From Eledone cirrhosa (Eukaryota), in contig OZ024742.1 in the NCBI GenBank assembly GCA_964016885.1, forward strand, positions 167,400,001 through 167,464,000: 64,000 bases of DNA, written 5' to 3'. This document shows positions 53,370 to 64,000 of the stretch, in pieces (within the stretch, counting starts at the first letter, position 1; the number at the start of each line of letters is the position of its first letter). The notes beneath the pieces are model-generated. The model was given only the letters and a program-made list of their open reading frames with translations. It ran no database searches and was not told the DNA's origin. The translations under genes were made by a program, and so were the position numbers.

Positions 53370-56300
53370 AAAATCAGGGGGAGATAATTTGTAAAAAAAA
53401 ATCAGGGGGAGATAATTTCCAGCCGTCCAAGGGGAGATAATTTTCAGCCGTCCAAGGGTAGATAATATCCAGCCGTCCAAGTAGACATTTTCCAGCCGTC
53501 CAAGGAGAGGTAATTTCTAGCCGTCCAAGGGGAGATAAATTCCAGCCTCCAAGGGGAGATAATTTCCAGCCAGCCAAGGGGAGATAATTTGTAAAAAAAT
53601 CAGGGGGAGATAATTTGTAAAAAAAATCAGGGGGAGATAATTTGTAAAAAAAAATCAGGGGGAGATAATTTGTAAAAAAAAATCAGGGGGAGATAATTTG
53701 TAAAAAAAATCAAGGGGAGATAATTTCCAGCCGTCCAAGGGGAGATAATTTTCAGCCGTCCAAGGGGAGATAATTTCCAGCCGTCCAAGGGGAGATAATT
53801 TCCATCCTTCCAAGGGGAGATAATTTCCAGCCGTCCAAGGGGAGATAATTTTCAGTCGTCCAAGGGGAGATAATTTCCCGCCAGCCAAGGGAAGATAATA
53901 TTTTAAAAAATCAGGCGGAGATAATTTGTAAAAAAAATCAGGGGGAGATAATTTGTAAAAAAATCAGGGGGAGATAATTTGTAAAAAAAAAATCAGGGGG
54001 AGATAATTTGTAAAAAAAATCAGGGGGAGATAATTTGTAAAAAAAAATCAGGGGTAGATAATTTGTAAAAAAAAATCAGGGGGAGATAATTTGTAAAAAA
54101 AAAATCAGGGGGAGATAATTTGTAAAAAAAATCAGGGGGAGATAATTTGTAAAAATAAATCAGGGGGAGATAATTTCCAGCCGTCCAAGGGGAGATAATT
54201 TTCAGCCGTCCAAGGGGAGATAATTTCCCGCCAGCCAAGGGAAGATAATATTTAAAAAAATCAGGCGGAGATAATTTGTAAAAAAAATCAGGGGGAGATA
54301 ATTTGTAAAAAAATCAGGGGGAGATAATTTGTAAAAAAAATCAAGGGGAGATAATTTCCAGCCGTCCAAAGGGAGGTAATATCTAGCCGTCCAAGGGGAG
54401 ATAATTTCCAGCCGTCCAACAGGAGATAATTTCCAGCCGTCCAAGGGTAGATAATATCCAGCCGTCCAAGGAGACATATTTTCCAGCCGTCCAAGGAGAG
54501 GTAATTTCTAGCCGTCCAAGGGGAGATAAATTCCAGCCTCCAAGGGGAGATAATTTCCAGCCAGCCAAGGGGAGATAATTTGTAAAAAAAATCAGGGGGA
54601 GATAATTTGTAAAAAAAATCAGGGGGAGATAATTTGTAAAAAAAAATCAGGGGGAGATAATTTGTAAAAAAAATCAGGGGGAGATAATTTGTAAAAAAAA
54701 ATCAAGGGGAGATAATTTCCAGCCGTCCAAGGGGAGATAATTTTCAGCCGCCCAAGGGGAGATAATTTCCCGCCAGCCAAGGGAAGATAATATTTAAAAA
54801 ATCAGGCGGAGATAATTTGTAAAAAAAATCAGGGGGAGATAATTTGAAAAAAAATCAGGGGGAGATAAATTGTAAAAAAAAAATCAGGGGGAGATAATTT
54901 GTAAAAGAAATCAGGGGGAGATGATTTGTAAAAAAAAATCAGGGGTAGATAATTTGTAAAAAAAAATCAGGGGGAGATAATTTGTAAAAAAAATCAAGGG
55001 GAGATAATTTCCAGCCGTCGAAGGGAAGATAATTTCCAGCCCTCCAAGGGGCTATAATTTCCAGCGTCCAAGGGGAGATAATTTCCAGCCGTCCAAGGGG
55101 AGATAATTTCCAGCCGTCCAAGGGTAGATAATATCCAGCCGTCCAAGTAGACATTTTCCAGCCGTCCAAGGAGAGGTAATTTCTAGCCGTCCAAGGGGAG
55201 ATAAATTCCAGCCTCCAAGGGAAGATAATTTCCAGCCAGCCAAGGGGAGATAATTTGTAAAAAAATCAGGGGGAGATAATTTGTAAAAAAAAATCAGGGG
55301 GAGATAATTTGTAAAAAAAAATCAGGGGGAGATAATTTGTAAAAAAAAATCAGGGGGAGATAATTTGTAAAAAAAATCAGGGGGAGATAATTTGTAAAAA
55401 AAATCAAGGGGAGATAATTTCCAGCCGTCAAAGGGGAGATAATTTTCAGCCGTCCAAGGGGAGATAATTTCCAGCCGTCCAAGGGGAGATAATTTCCATC
55501 CTTCCAAGGGGAGATAATTTCCAGCCGTCCAAGGGGAGATAATTTTCAGCCGTCCAAGGGGAGATAATTTACCGCCAGCCAAGGGAAGATAATATTTTAA
55601 AAAATCAGGCGGAGATAATTTGTAAAAAAAATCAGAGGGAGATAATTTGTAAAAAAATCAGGGGGAGATAATTTGTAAAAAAAAAATCAGGGGGAGATAA
55701 TTTGTAAAAAAAATCAGGGGGAGATAATTTGTAAAAAAAAATCAGGGGTAGATAATTTGTAAAAAAAAATCAGGGGGAGATAATTTGTAAAAAAAAAATC
55801 AGGGGGAGATAATTTGTAAAAAAAATCAAGGGGAGATAATTTCCAGCCGTCCAAGGAGAGATAATTTTTAAAAAAAATCAGGCGGAGATAATTTGTAAAA
55901 AAAATCAAGGGGAGATAATTTGTAAAAAAAAATCAGGGGGAGATAATTTGTAAAAAAAATCAAGGGGAGATAATTTCCAGCCGTCCAAGGGAAGATAATT
56001 TCCAGCACTCCAACGGGCTATAATTTGCAGTGTCCAAGGGGAGATAATTTCCAGCCAGCGAAGGGGAGATAATTTTTTTAAAAAAATCAGGGGGAGATAT
56101 GTAAAAAAATTCAGAGGGAGATAATTTCTAAAAAAAATCAAAGGGAGATAATTTCCAGCCGTCCAAAGAGAGATAATTTCTAGCCGTCCAAGGGGAGATA
56201 ATTTCCAGCCAAGGGGAGATAATTTCCAGCCGTCCAAGGGGAGATAATTATTTAAAAAATCAGGTGGAGATAATTTGTAAAAAAAATCAGGGGGAGATAA

Positions 56301-59300
56301 TTTGTAAAAACAAAATCAAGGGCAGATAATTTCCAGCTGTCCAAGGGGAGATAATTTCCAGCCGTGCAAGGGGAGATAATTTCCAGCCGTCCAAGGGGAG
56401 ATAATTTCCATCCTTCCAAGGGGAGATAATTTCCAGCCGTCCAAGGGGAGATAATTTCCCGCCAGCCAAGGGAAGATAATTTTTTAAAAAATCAGGCGGA
56501 GATTGTAAAAAAAATCAGGGGGAGATAATTTGTAAAAAAATCAGGAGATAATTTGTAAAAAAATCAAGGGGAGATAATTTGTAAAAAAAATCAAGGGGAG
56601 ATAATTTCCAGCCGTCCAAGGGGAGATAATTTTCAGCCGTCCAAGGGGAGATAATTTCCAGCCGTCCAAGGGGAGATAATTTTAAAAAAAAATCAGGCGG
56701 AGATAATTTGTAAAAAAAATCAAGGGGAGATAATTTGCAACCGTCCAAGGGGACATAATTTTCAGTCGTCCAAGGAGAGGTAATTTCTAGCCGTACAAGG
56801 GGAGATAATTTCCAGCCGTCCAAGGGGAGATAATTTCCAGCCGTCCAAGGGGAGATAATTTTTTTTTAAAAATCAGGCGGAGATAATTTGTAAAAAAAAA
56901 ATCAGGGGGAGATAATTTGTAAAAAAAAATCAGGGGGAGATAATTTGTAAAAAAAAATCAGGGGGAGATAATTTGTAAAAAAAATCAAGGGGAGATAATT
57001 TCCAGCCGTCCAAGGGAAGATAATTTCCAGCCCTCCAAGGGGCTATAATTTCCAGCGTCCAAGGGGAGATAATTTCCAGCCAGCGAAGGGGAGATAATTG
57101 TTTTAAAAAAATCATTGGGAGATTTGTAAAAAAAATCAGGGGGAGATAATTAATAAAAAAAATCAAGGGGAGATAATTTCCAGCCGTCCAAGGGGAGGTA
57201 ATATCTAGCCGTCCAAGGGGAGATAATTTCCAGCCGTCCAAGGGGAGATAATTTCCAGCCGTCCAAGGGTAGATAATATCCAGCCGTCCAAGGAGACATA
57301 TTTTCCAGCCGTCCAAGGAGAGGTAATTTCTAGCCGTCCAAGGGGAGATAAATTCCAGCCTCCAAGGGGAGATAATTTCCAGCCAGCCAAGGGGAGATAA
57401 TTTGTAAAAAAATCAGGGGGAGATAATTTGTAAAATAAATCAGGGGTAGATAATTTGTAAAAAAAAATCAGGGGGAGATAATTTGTAAAAAAAAATCAGG
57501 GGGAGATAATTTGTAAAAAAAATCAAGGGGAGATAATTTCCAGCCGTCCAAGGAGAGATAATTTTAAAAAAAAATCAGGCGGAGATAATTTGTAAAAAAA
57601 AATCAGGGGGAGATAATTTGTAAAAAAAAATCAGGGGGAGATAATTTGTAAAAAAAATCAAGGGGAGATAATTTCCAGCCGTCCAAGGGGAGATAATTTC
57701 CAGCCGTCCAAGGGGAAATAATTTTTTTAAAAAAATCAGGCGGAGATAATTTGTAAAAAAAATCAGGGGGAGATAATTTGTAAAAAAAAATCAGGGGGAG
57801 ATAATTTGTAAAAAAAAATCAGGGGGAGATAATTTTCAGCCGTCCAAGGTAAGATAATTTCCAGCCCTCCAAGGGGCTATAATTTCCAGCATCCAAGGGG
57901 AGATAATTTCCAGCCGTCCAAGGGTAGATAATATCCAGCCGTCCAAGTAGACATATTTTCCAGCCGTCCAAGGAGAGGTAATTTCTAGCCGTCCAAGGGG
58001 AGATAAATTCCAGCCTCCAAGGGGAGATAATTTCCAGCCGTCCAAGGGGAGATAATTTTAAAAAAAAAACAGGCGAAGATAATTTGTAAAAAAAAAATCA
58101 GGGGGAGATAATTTGTAAAAAAAAATCAGGGGGAGATAATTTGTAAAAAAAAATCAGGGGGAGGTAATTTGTGAAAAAAAATCAAGGGGAGATAATTTCC
58201 AGCCGTCCAAGGGAAGATAATTTCCAGCCCTCCAAGGGGCTATAATTTCCAGCGTCCAAGGGGAGATAATTTCCAGCCAGCGAAGGGGAGATAATTTTTT
58301 TTTTTTTAAATCAGGGGGACATAATTTGTAAAAAAAATCAGGGGGAGATAATTTGTAAAAAAAATCAAGGGGAGATAATTTTTAAAAAAAAATCAGGGGG
58401 AGATAATTTGTAAAAAAAAATCAGGGGGAGATAATTTGTAAAAAAAATCAAGGGGAGATAATTTGTAAAAAAAAATCAAGGGGAGATAATTTCCAGCCGT
58501 CCAAGGGGAGATAATTTTCAGCCGTCCAAGGGGAGATAATTTCCCGCCAGCCAAGGAAAGATAATATTTAAAAAAATCAGGCGGAGATAATTTGTAAAAA
58601 AAATCAGGGGGAGATAATTTGTAAAAAAATCAGGGGGAGATAATTTGTAAAAAAAAATCAGGGGGAGATAATTTGTAAAAAAAATCAGGGGGAGATAATT
58701 TGTAAAAAAAAATCAGGGGGAGATAATTTGTAAAAAAAAATCAGGGGGAGATAATTTGTAAAAAAAATCAATTGGAGATAATTTCCAGCCGTCCAAGGGG
58801 AGATAATTTTCAGCCGTCCAAGGAGAGGTAATTTCTAGACGTCCAAGGGGAGATAATTTCCAGCCGTCCAAGGGTAGATAATATCCAGCCGTCCAAGGAG
58901 ACATATTTTCCAGCTTTCCAAGGAGAGGTAATTTCTAGCCGTCCAAGGGGAGAAAAATTCCAGCCTCCAAGGGGAGATAATTTCCAGCCAGCCAAGGGGA
59001 GATAATTTGTAAAAAAATCAGGGGGAGATAATTTGTAAAAAAAAATCAGGGGCAGATAATTTGTAAAAAAAATCAGGGGGAGATAATTTGTAAAAAAAAT
59101 CAGGGGGAGATAATTTGTAAAAAAAATCAAGGGGAGATAATTTCCAGCCGTCCAAGGGGAGATAATTTTCAGCCGTCCAAGGGGAGATAATTTCCCGCCA
59201 GCCAAGGGAAGATAATATTTAAAAAATGAGGCGGAGATAATTTGTAAAAAAAATCAGGGGGAGATAATTTGTAAAAAAATCAGGGGGAGATAATTTGTAA

Positions 59301-62300
59301 AAAAAAAATCAGGGAGAGATAATTTGTAAAAAAAATCAGGGGGAGATAATTTGTAAAAAAAAATCAGGGGTAGATAATTTGTAAAAAAAAATCAGGGGGA
59401 GATAATTTGTAAAAAAAATCAGGGGGAGATAATTCGTAAAAAAAATCAAGGGGAGATAATTTCCAGCCGTCCAAGGGAAGATAATTTCAAGCCCTCCAAG
59501 GGGCTATAATTTCCAGTGTCCAAGGGGAGATAATTTCCAGCCAGCGAAGGGGAGATAATTTTTTTTTTAAAATCAGGGGGAGATTTGTACAAAAAATCAG
59601 GGGGAGATAATTTGTAAAAAAAATCAAAGGGAGATAATTTCCAGCCGTCCAAAGAGAGATAATTTCTAGCCGTCCAAGGGGAGATAATTTCGAGCCAAGG
59701 GGAGATAATTTCCAGCCGTCCAAGGGGAGATAATTTTTTAAAAAATCAGGTGGAGATAATTTGTAAAAAAAATCAGGGGGAGATAATTTGTAAAAACAAA
59801 ATCAAGGGCAGATAATTTCCAGCTGTCCAAGGGGAGATAATTTCCAGCCGTGCAAGGGGAGATAATTTCCAGCCGTCCAAGGGGAGATAATTTCCATCCT
59901 TCCAAGGGGAGATAATTTCCAGCCGTCCAAGGGGAGATAATTTCCCGCCAGCCAAGGGGAGATAATTTGTAAAAAAATCAGGGGTAGATAATTTGTAAAA
60001 AAAATCAGGGGGAGATAATTTGTAAAAAAAAATCAGGGGGAGATAATTTGTAAAAAAAAATCAGGGGGAGATAATTTGTAAAAAAAAATCAGGGGGAGAT
60101 AATTTCCAGCCGTCCATGGGGAGATAATTTTCAGCCGTCCAAGGGTAGATAATATCCAGCCGTCCAAGTAGACATTTTCCAGCCGTCCAAGGAGAGGTAA
60201 TTTCTAGCCGTCCAAGGGGAGATAAATTCCAGCCTCCAAGGGGAGATAATTTCCAGCCAGCCAAGGGGAGATAATTTGTAAAAAAATCAGGGGGAGATAA
60301 TTTGTAAAAAAAATCAGGGGGAGATAATTTGTAAAAAAAAATCAGGGGGAGATAATTTGTAAAAAAAACAGAGGGGGAGATAATTTGTAAAAAAAAATCA
60401 GGGGGAGATAATTTGTAAAAAAAATCAAGGGGAGATAATTTCCAGCCGTCCAAGGGGAGATAATTTTCAGCCGTCCAAGGGGAGATAATTTCCAGCCGTC
60501 CAAGGGGAGATAATTTCCATCCTTCCAAGGGGAGATAATTTCCAGCCGTCCAAGGGGAGATAATTTTCAGTCGTCCAAGGGGAGATAATTTCCCGCCAGC
60601 CAAGGGAAGATAATATTTTAAAAAATCAGGCGGAGATAATTTGTAAAAAAAATCAGGGGGAGATAATTTGTAAAAAAATCAGGGGGAGATAATTTGTAAA
60701 AAAAAAATCAGGGGGAGATAATTTGTAAAAAAAATCAGGGGGAGATAATTTGTAAAAAAAAAATCAGGGGTAGATAATTTGTAAAAAAAAATCAGGGGGA
60801 GATAATTTGTAAAAAAAAAATCAGGGGGAGATAATTTGTAAAAAAAATCAGGGGGAGATAATTTGTAAAAAAAAATCAGGGGGAGATAATTTCCAGCCGT
60901 CCAAGGGGAGATAATTTTCAGCCGTCCAAGGGGAGATAATTTCCCGCCAGCCAAGGGAAGATAATATTTAAAAAAATCAGGCGGAGATAATTTGTAAAAA
61001 AAATCAGGGGGAGATAATTTGTAAAAAAATCAGGGGGAGATAATTTGTAAAAAAAATCAAGGGGAGATAATTTCCAGCCGTCCAAGGGGAGGTAATATCT
61101 AGCCGTCCAAGTGGAGATAATTTCCAGCCGTCCAACAGGAGATAATTTCCAGCCGTCCAAGGGTAGATAATATCCAGCCGTCCAAGGAGACATATTTTCC
61201 AGCCGTCCAAGGAGAGGTAATTTCTAGCCGTCCAAGGGGAGATAAATTCCAGCCTCCAAGGGGAGATAATTTCCAGCCAGCCAAGGGGAGATAATTTGTA
61301 AAAAAAATCAGGGGGAGATAATTTGTAAAAAAAATCAGGGGGAGATAATTTGTAAAAAAAAATCAGGGGGAGATAATTTGTAAAAAAAATCAGGGGGAGA
61401 TAATTTGTAAAAAAAAATCAAGGGGAGATAATTTCCAGCCGTCCAAGGGGAGATAATTTTCAGCCGCCCAAGGGGAGATAATTTCCCGCCAGCCAAGGGA
61501 AGATAATATTTAAAAAATCAGGCGGAGATAATTTGTAAAAAAAATCAGGGGGAGATAATTTGTAAAAAAATCAGGGGGAGATAATTTGTAAAAAAAAAAT
61601 CAGGGGGAGATAATTTGTAAAAGAAATCAGGGGGAGATGATTTGTAAAAAAAAATCAGGGGTAGATAATTTGTAAAAAAAAATCAGGGGGAGATAATTTG
61701 TAAAAAAAAATCAGGGGGAGATAATTTGTAAAAAAAATCAAGGGGAGATAATTTCCAGCCGTCGAAGGGAAGATAATTTCCAGCCCTCCAAGGGGCTATA
61801 ATTTCCAGCGTCCAAGGGGAGATAATTTCCAGCCGTCCAAGGGGAGATAATTTCCAGCCGTCCAAGGGTAGATAATATCCAGCCGTCCAAGTAGACATTT
61901 TCCAGCCGTCCAAGGAGAGGTAATTTCTAGCCGTCCAAGGGGAGATAAATTCCAGCCTCCAAGGGAAGATAATTTCCAGCCAGCCAAGTGGAGATAATTT
62001 GTAAAAAAATCAGGGGGAGATAATTTGTAAAAAAAAATCAGGGGGAGATAATTTGTAAAAAAAAATCAGGGGGAGATAATTTGTAAAAAAAATCAGGGGG
62101 AGATAATTTGTAAAAAAAATCAGGGGGAGGTAATTTGTAAAAAAAATCAAGGGGAGATAATTTCCAGCCGTCCAAGGGGAGATAATTTTCAGCCGTCCAA
62201 GGGGAGATAATTTCCAGCCGTCCAAGGGGAGATAATTTCCATCCTTCCAAGGGGAGATAATTTCCAGCCGTCCAAGGGGAGATAATTTTCAGCTGTCCAA

Positions 62301-63260
62301 GGGGAGATAATTTCCCGCCAGCCAAGGGAAGATAATATTTTAAAAAATCAGGCGGAGATAATTTGTAAAAAAAATCAGGGGGAGATAATTTGTAAAAAAA
62401 TCAGGGGGAGATAATTTGTAAAAAAAAAATCAGGGGGAGATAATTTGTAAAAAAAATCAGGGGGAGATAATTTGTAAAAAAAAATCAGGGGTAGATAATT
62501 TGTAAAAAAAAATCAGGGGGAGATAATTTGTAAAAAAAAAATCAGGGGGAGATAATTTGTAAAAAAAATCAAGGGGAGATAATTTCCAGCCGTCCAAGGA
62601 GAGATAATTTTTAAAAAAAATCAGGCGGAGATAATTTGTAAAAAAAATCAAGGGGAGATAATTTGTAAAAAAAAATCAGGGGGAGATAATTTGTAAAAAA
62701 AATCAAGGGGAGATAATTTCCAGCCGTCCAAGGTAAGATAATTTCCAGCACTCCAACGGGCTATAATTTGCAGTGTCCAAGGGGAGATAATTTCCAGCCA
62801 GCGAAGGGGAGATAATTTTTTTAAAAAAATCAGGGGGAGATATGTAAAAAAAATCAGAGGGAGATAATTTCTAAAAAAAATCAAAGGGAGATAATTTCCA
62901 GCCGTCCAAAGAGAGATAATTTCTAGCCGTCCAAGGGGAGATAATTTCCAGCCAAGGGGAGATAATTTCCAGCCGTCCAAGGGGAGATAATTATTTAAAA
63001 AATCAGGTGGAGATAATTTGTAAAAAAAATCAGGGGGAGATAATTTGTAAAAACAAAATCAAGGGCAGATAATTTCCAGCTGTCCAAGGGGAGATAATTT
63101 CCAGCCGTGCAAGGGGAGATAATTTCCAGCCGTCCAAGGGGAGATAATTTCCATCCTTCCAAGGGGAGATAATTTCCAGCCGTCCAAGGGGAGATAATTT
63201 CCCGCCAGCCAAGGGAAGATAATTTTTTAAAAAATCAGGCGGAGATTGTAAAAAAAATCA
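53370..63260 (+). repeat. Right-flank ~6.7-kb-spaced duplication (~53370-56520 matches ~60060-63260)
   Basis: ORF offsets are 53374/60061 = 6687, 54202/60918 = 6716, and 55905/62648 and 56287/63030 = 6743. The variant CAGCCGCCCAAGG is shared (~54745/~61461). Confidence 0.8.
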
Positions 63261-64000
63261 GGGGGAGATAATTTGTAAAAAAATCAGGAGGAGATAATTT
63301 GTAAAAAAATCAAGGGGAGATAATTTCGAGCTGTCCAAGGGTAGGTAATATCTAGCCGTCCAAGGGGAGATAATTTTCAGCCGTCCAAGGGGAGATAATT
63401 TCCAGCCGTCCAAGGGTAGATAATATCCAGCCGTCCAAGGAGAGGTAATTTCTAGCCGTCCAAGTGGAGATAAATTCCAGCCTCCAAGGGGAGATAATTT
63501 CCAGCCAGCCAAGGGGAGATAATTTGTAAAAAAATCAGGGGGAGATAATTTGTAAAAAAAATCAGGGGGAGATAATTTGTAAAAAAAAATCAGGGGGAGA
63601 TAATTTGTAAAAAAAATCAAGGGGAGATAATTTCCAGCCGTCCAAGGAGAGATAATTTAAAAAAAAATCAGGCGGAGATAATTTGTAAAAAAAAATCAGG
63701 GGGAGATAATTTGTAAAAAAAATCAAGGGGAGATAATTTCCAGCCGTCCAAGGGGAGATAATTTTCAGCCGTCCAAGGGGAGATAATTTCCAGCCGTCCA
63801 AGGGGAGATAATTTTAAAAAAAAATCAGGCGGAGATAATTTGTAAAAAAAAATCAAGGGGAGATAATTTGCAACCGTCCAAGGGGACATAATTTTCAGTC
63901 GTCCAAGGAGAGGTAATTTCTAGCCGTACAAGGGGAGATAATTTCCAGCCGTCCAAGGGGAGATAATTTCCAGCCGTCCAAGGGGAGATAATTTTTTTTT

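Larger units (their letters stand above)
1..64000 (+). repeat. Composite tandem satellite array of two monomers (25-bp type A and ~27-bp type B) sharing the core GGGGAGATAATTT; extends beyond both window edges
   Basis: Every line consists of CAAGGGGAGATAATTTCCAGCCGTC or CAGGGGGAGATAATTTGTAAAAAAAAT or close variants. No unique sequence or inversion was seen. Confidence 0.99.

Noticed and set aside
60061-60603. Longest ORF (180 aa) as a possible repeat protein or programmed-frameshift gene
   Set aside because: It is open only because a single local variant (~60366) removes an in-frame TGA. The homologous segments elsewhere are interrupted.
152-63889. Over 200 short minus-strand ORFs (WTAGNYLPLDG, FFYKLSPPD, GRLEIISP repeats)
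   Set aside because: They are translations of the 25/27-bp monomers in overlapping frames, nearly all with TTG-type starts. Frames are broken freely by A-tract length changes. The + strand lacks ORFs simply because each core contains TAA. There is no evidence of coding constraint.
1-64000. CRISPR-like array (constant core with intervening segments)
   Set aside because: The intervening segments are only ~12-16 bp and of two recurring types rather than unique spacers. The 13-bp core is too short for a CRISPR repeat, and there are no cas genes or leader.
1-64000. Telomerase-synthesised long telomeric repeat (25-bp units occur in some budding yeasts)
   Set aside because: Fixed-order variant cassettes and multi-kilobase duplications indicate recombination or replication-based amplification, not copying from one RNA template. 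A recombination-maintained telomeric or subtelomeric location cannot be excluded.
1-64000. Purely synthetic or low-quality sequencing artefact
   Set aside because: The hierarchical, phylogenetically consistent sharing of variants and the reproducible homopolymer lengths fit a natural, accurately assembled array. The copy number of the largest duplication still needs read validation.

Overview
The whole 64 kb window is one uninterrupted head-to-tail satellite array in a single orientation. I see no credible genes, RNA genes, transposons or CRISPR spacers. It is built from two short monomers that share a 13-bp core, GGGGAGATAATTT. Type A is 25 bp (CAAGGGGAGATAATTTCCAGCCGTC, CpG-containing). Type B is about 26-29 bp (CAGGGGGAGATAATTTGT-A7-10-T, A-tract). 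They alternate in homotypic blocks of roughly 1-10 units, with stereotyped junction monomers and fixed-order cassettes of variant monomers. These are nested in higher-order repeats of about 1.4 kb, 6-7 kb, 11.1 kb and 19.7-20 kb. The youngest near-identical duplications lie in the centre (about 4.8-49.4 kb), while the flanks are more rearranged and share older variants. All listed ORFs are minus-strand read-throughs of the repeat and are treated as artefacts. The organism and chromosomal location cannot be determined from the sequence; a eukaryotic centromeric, pericentromeric or subtelomeric satellite is my inference. Breakpoints were placed by eye and from ORF-track offsets, so they are approximate.
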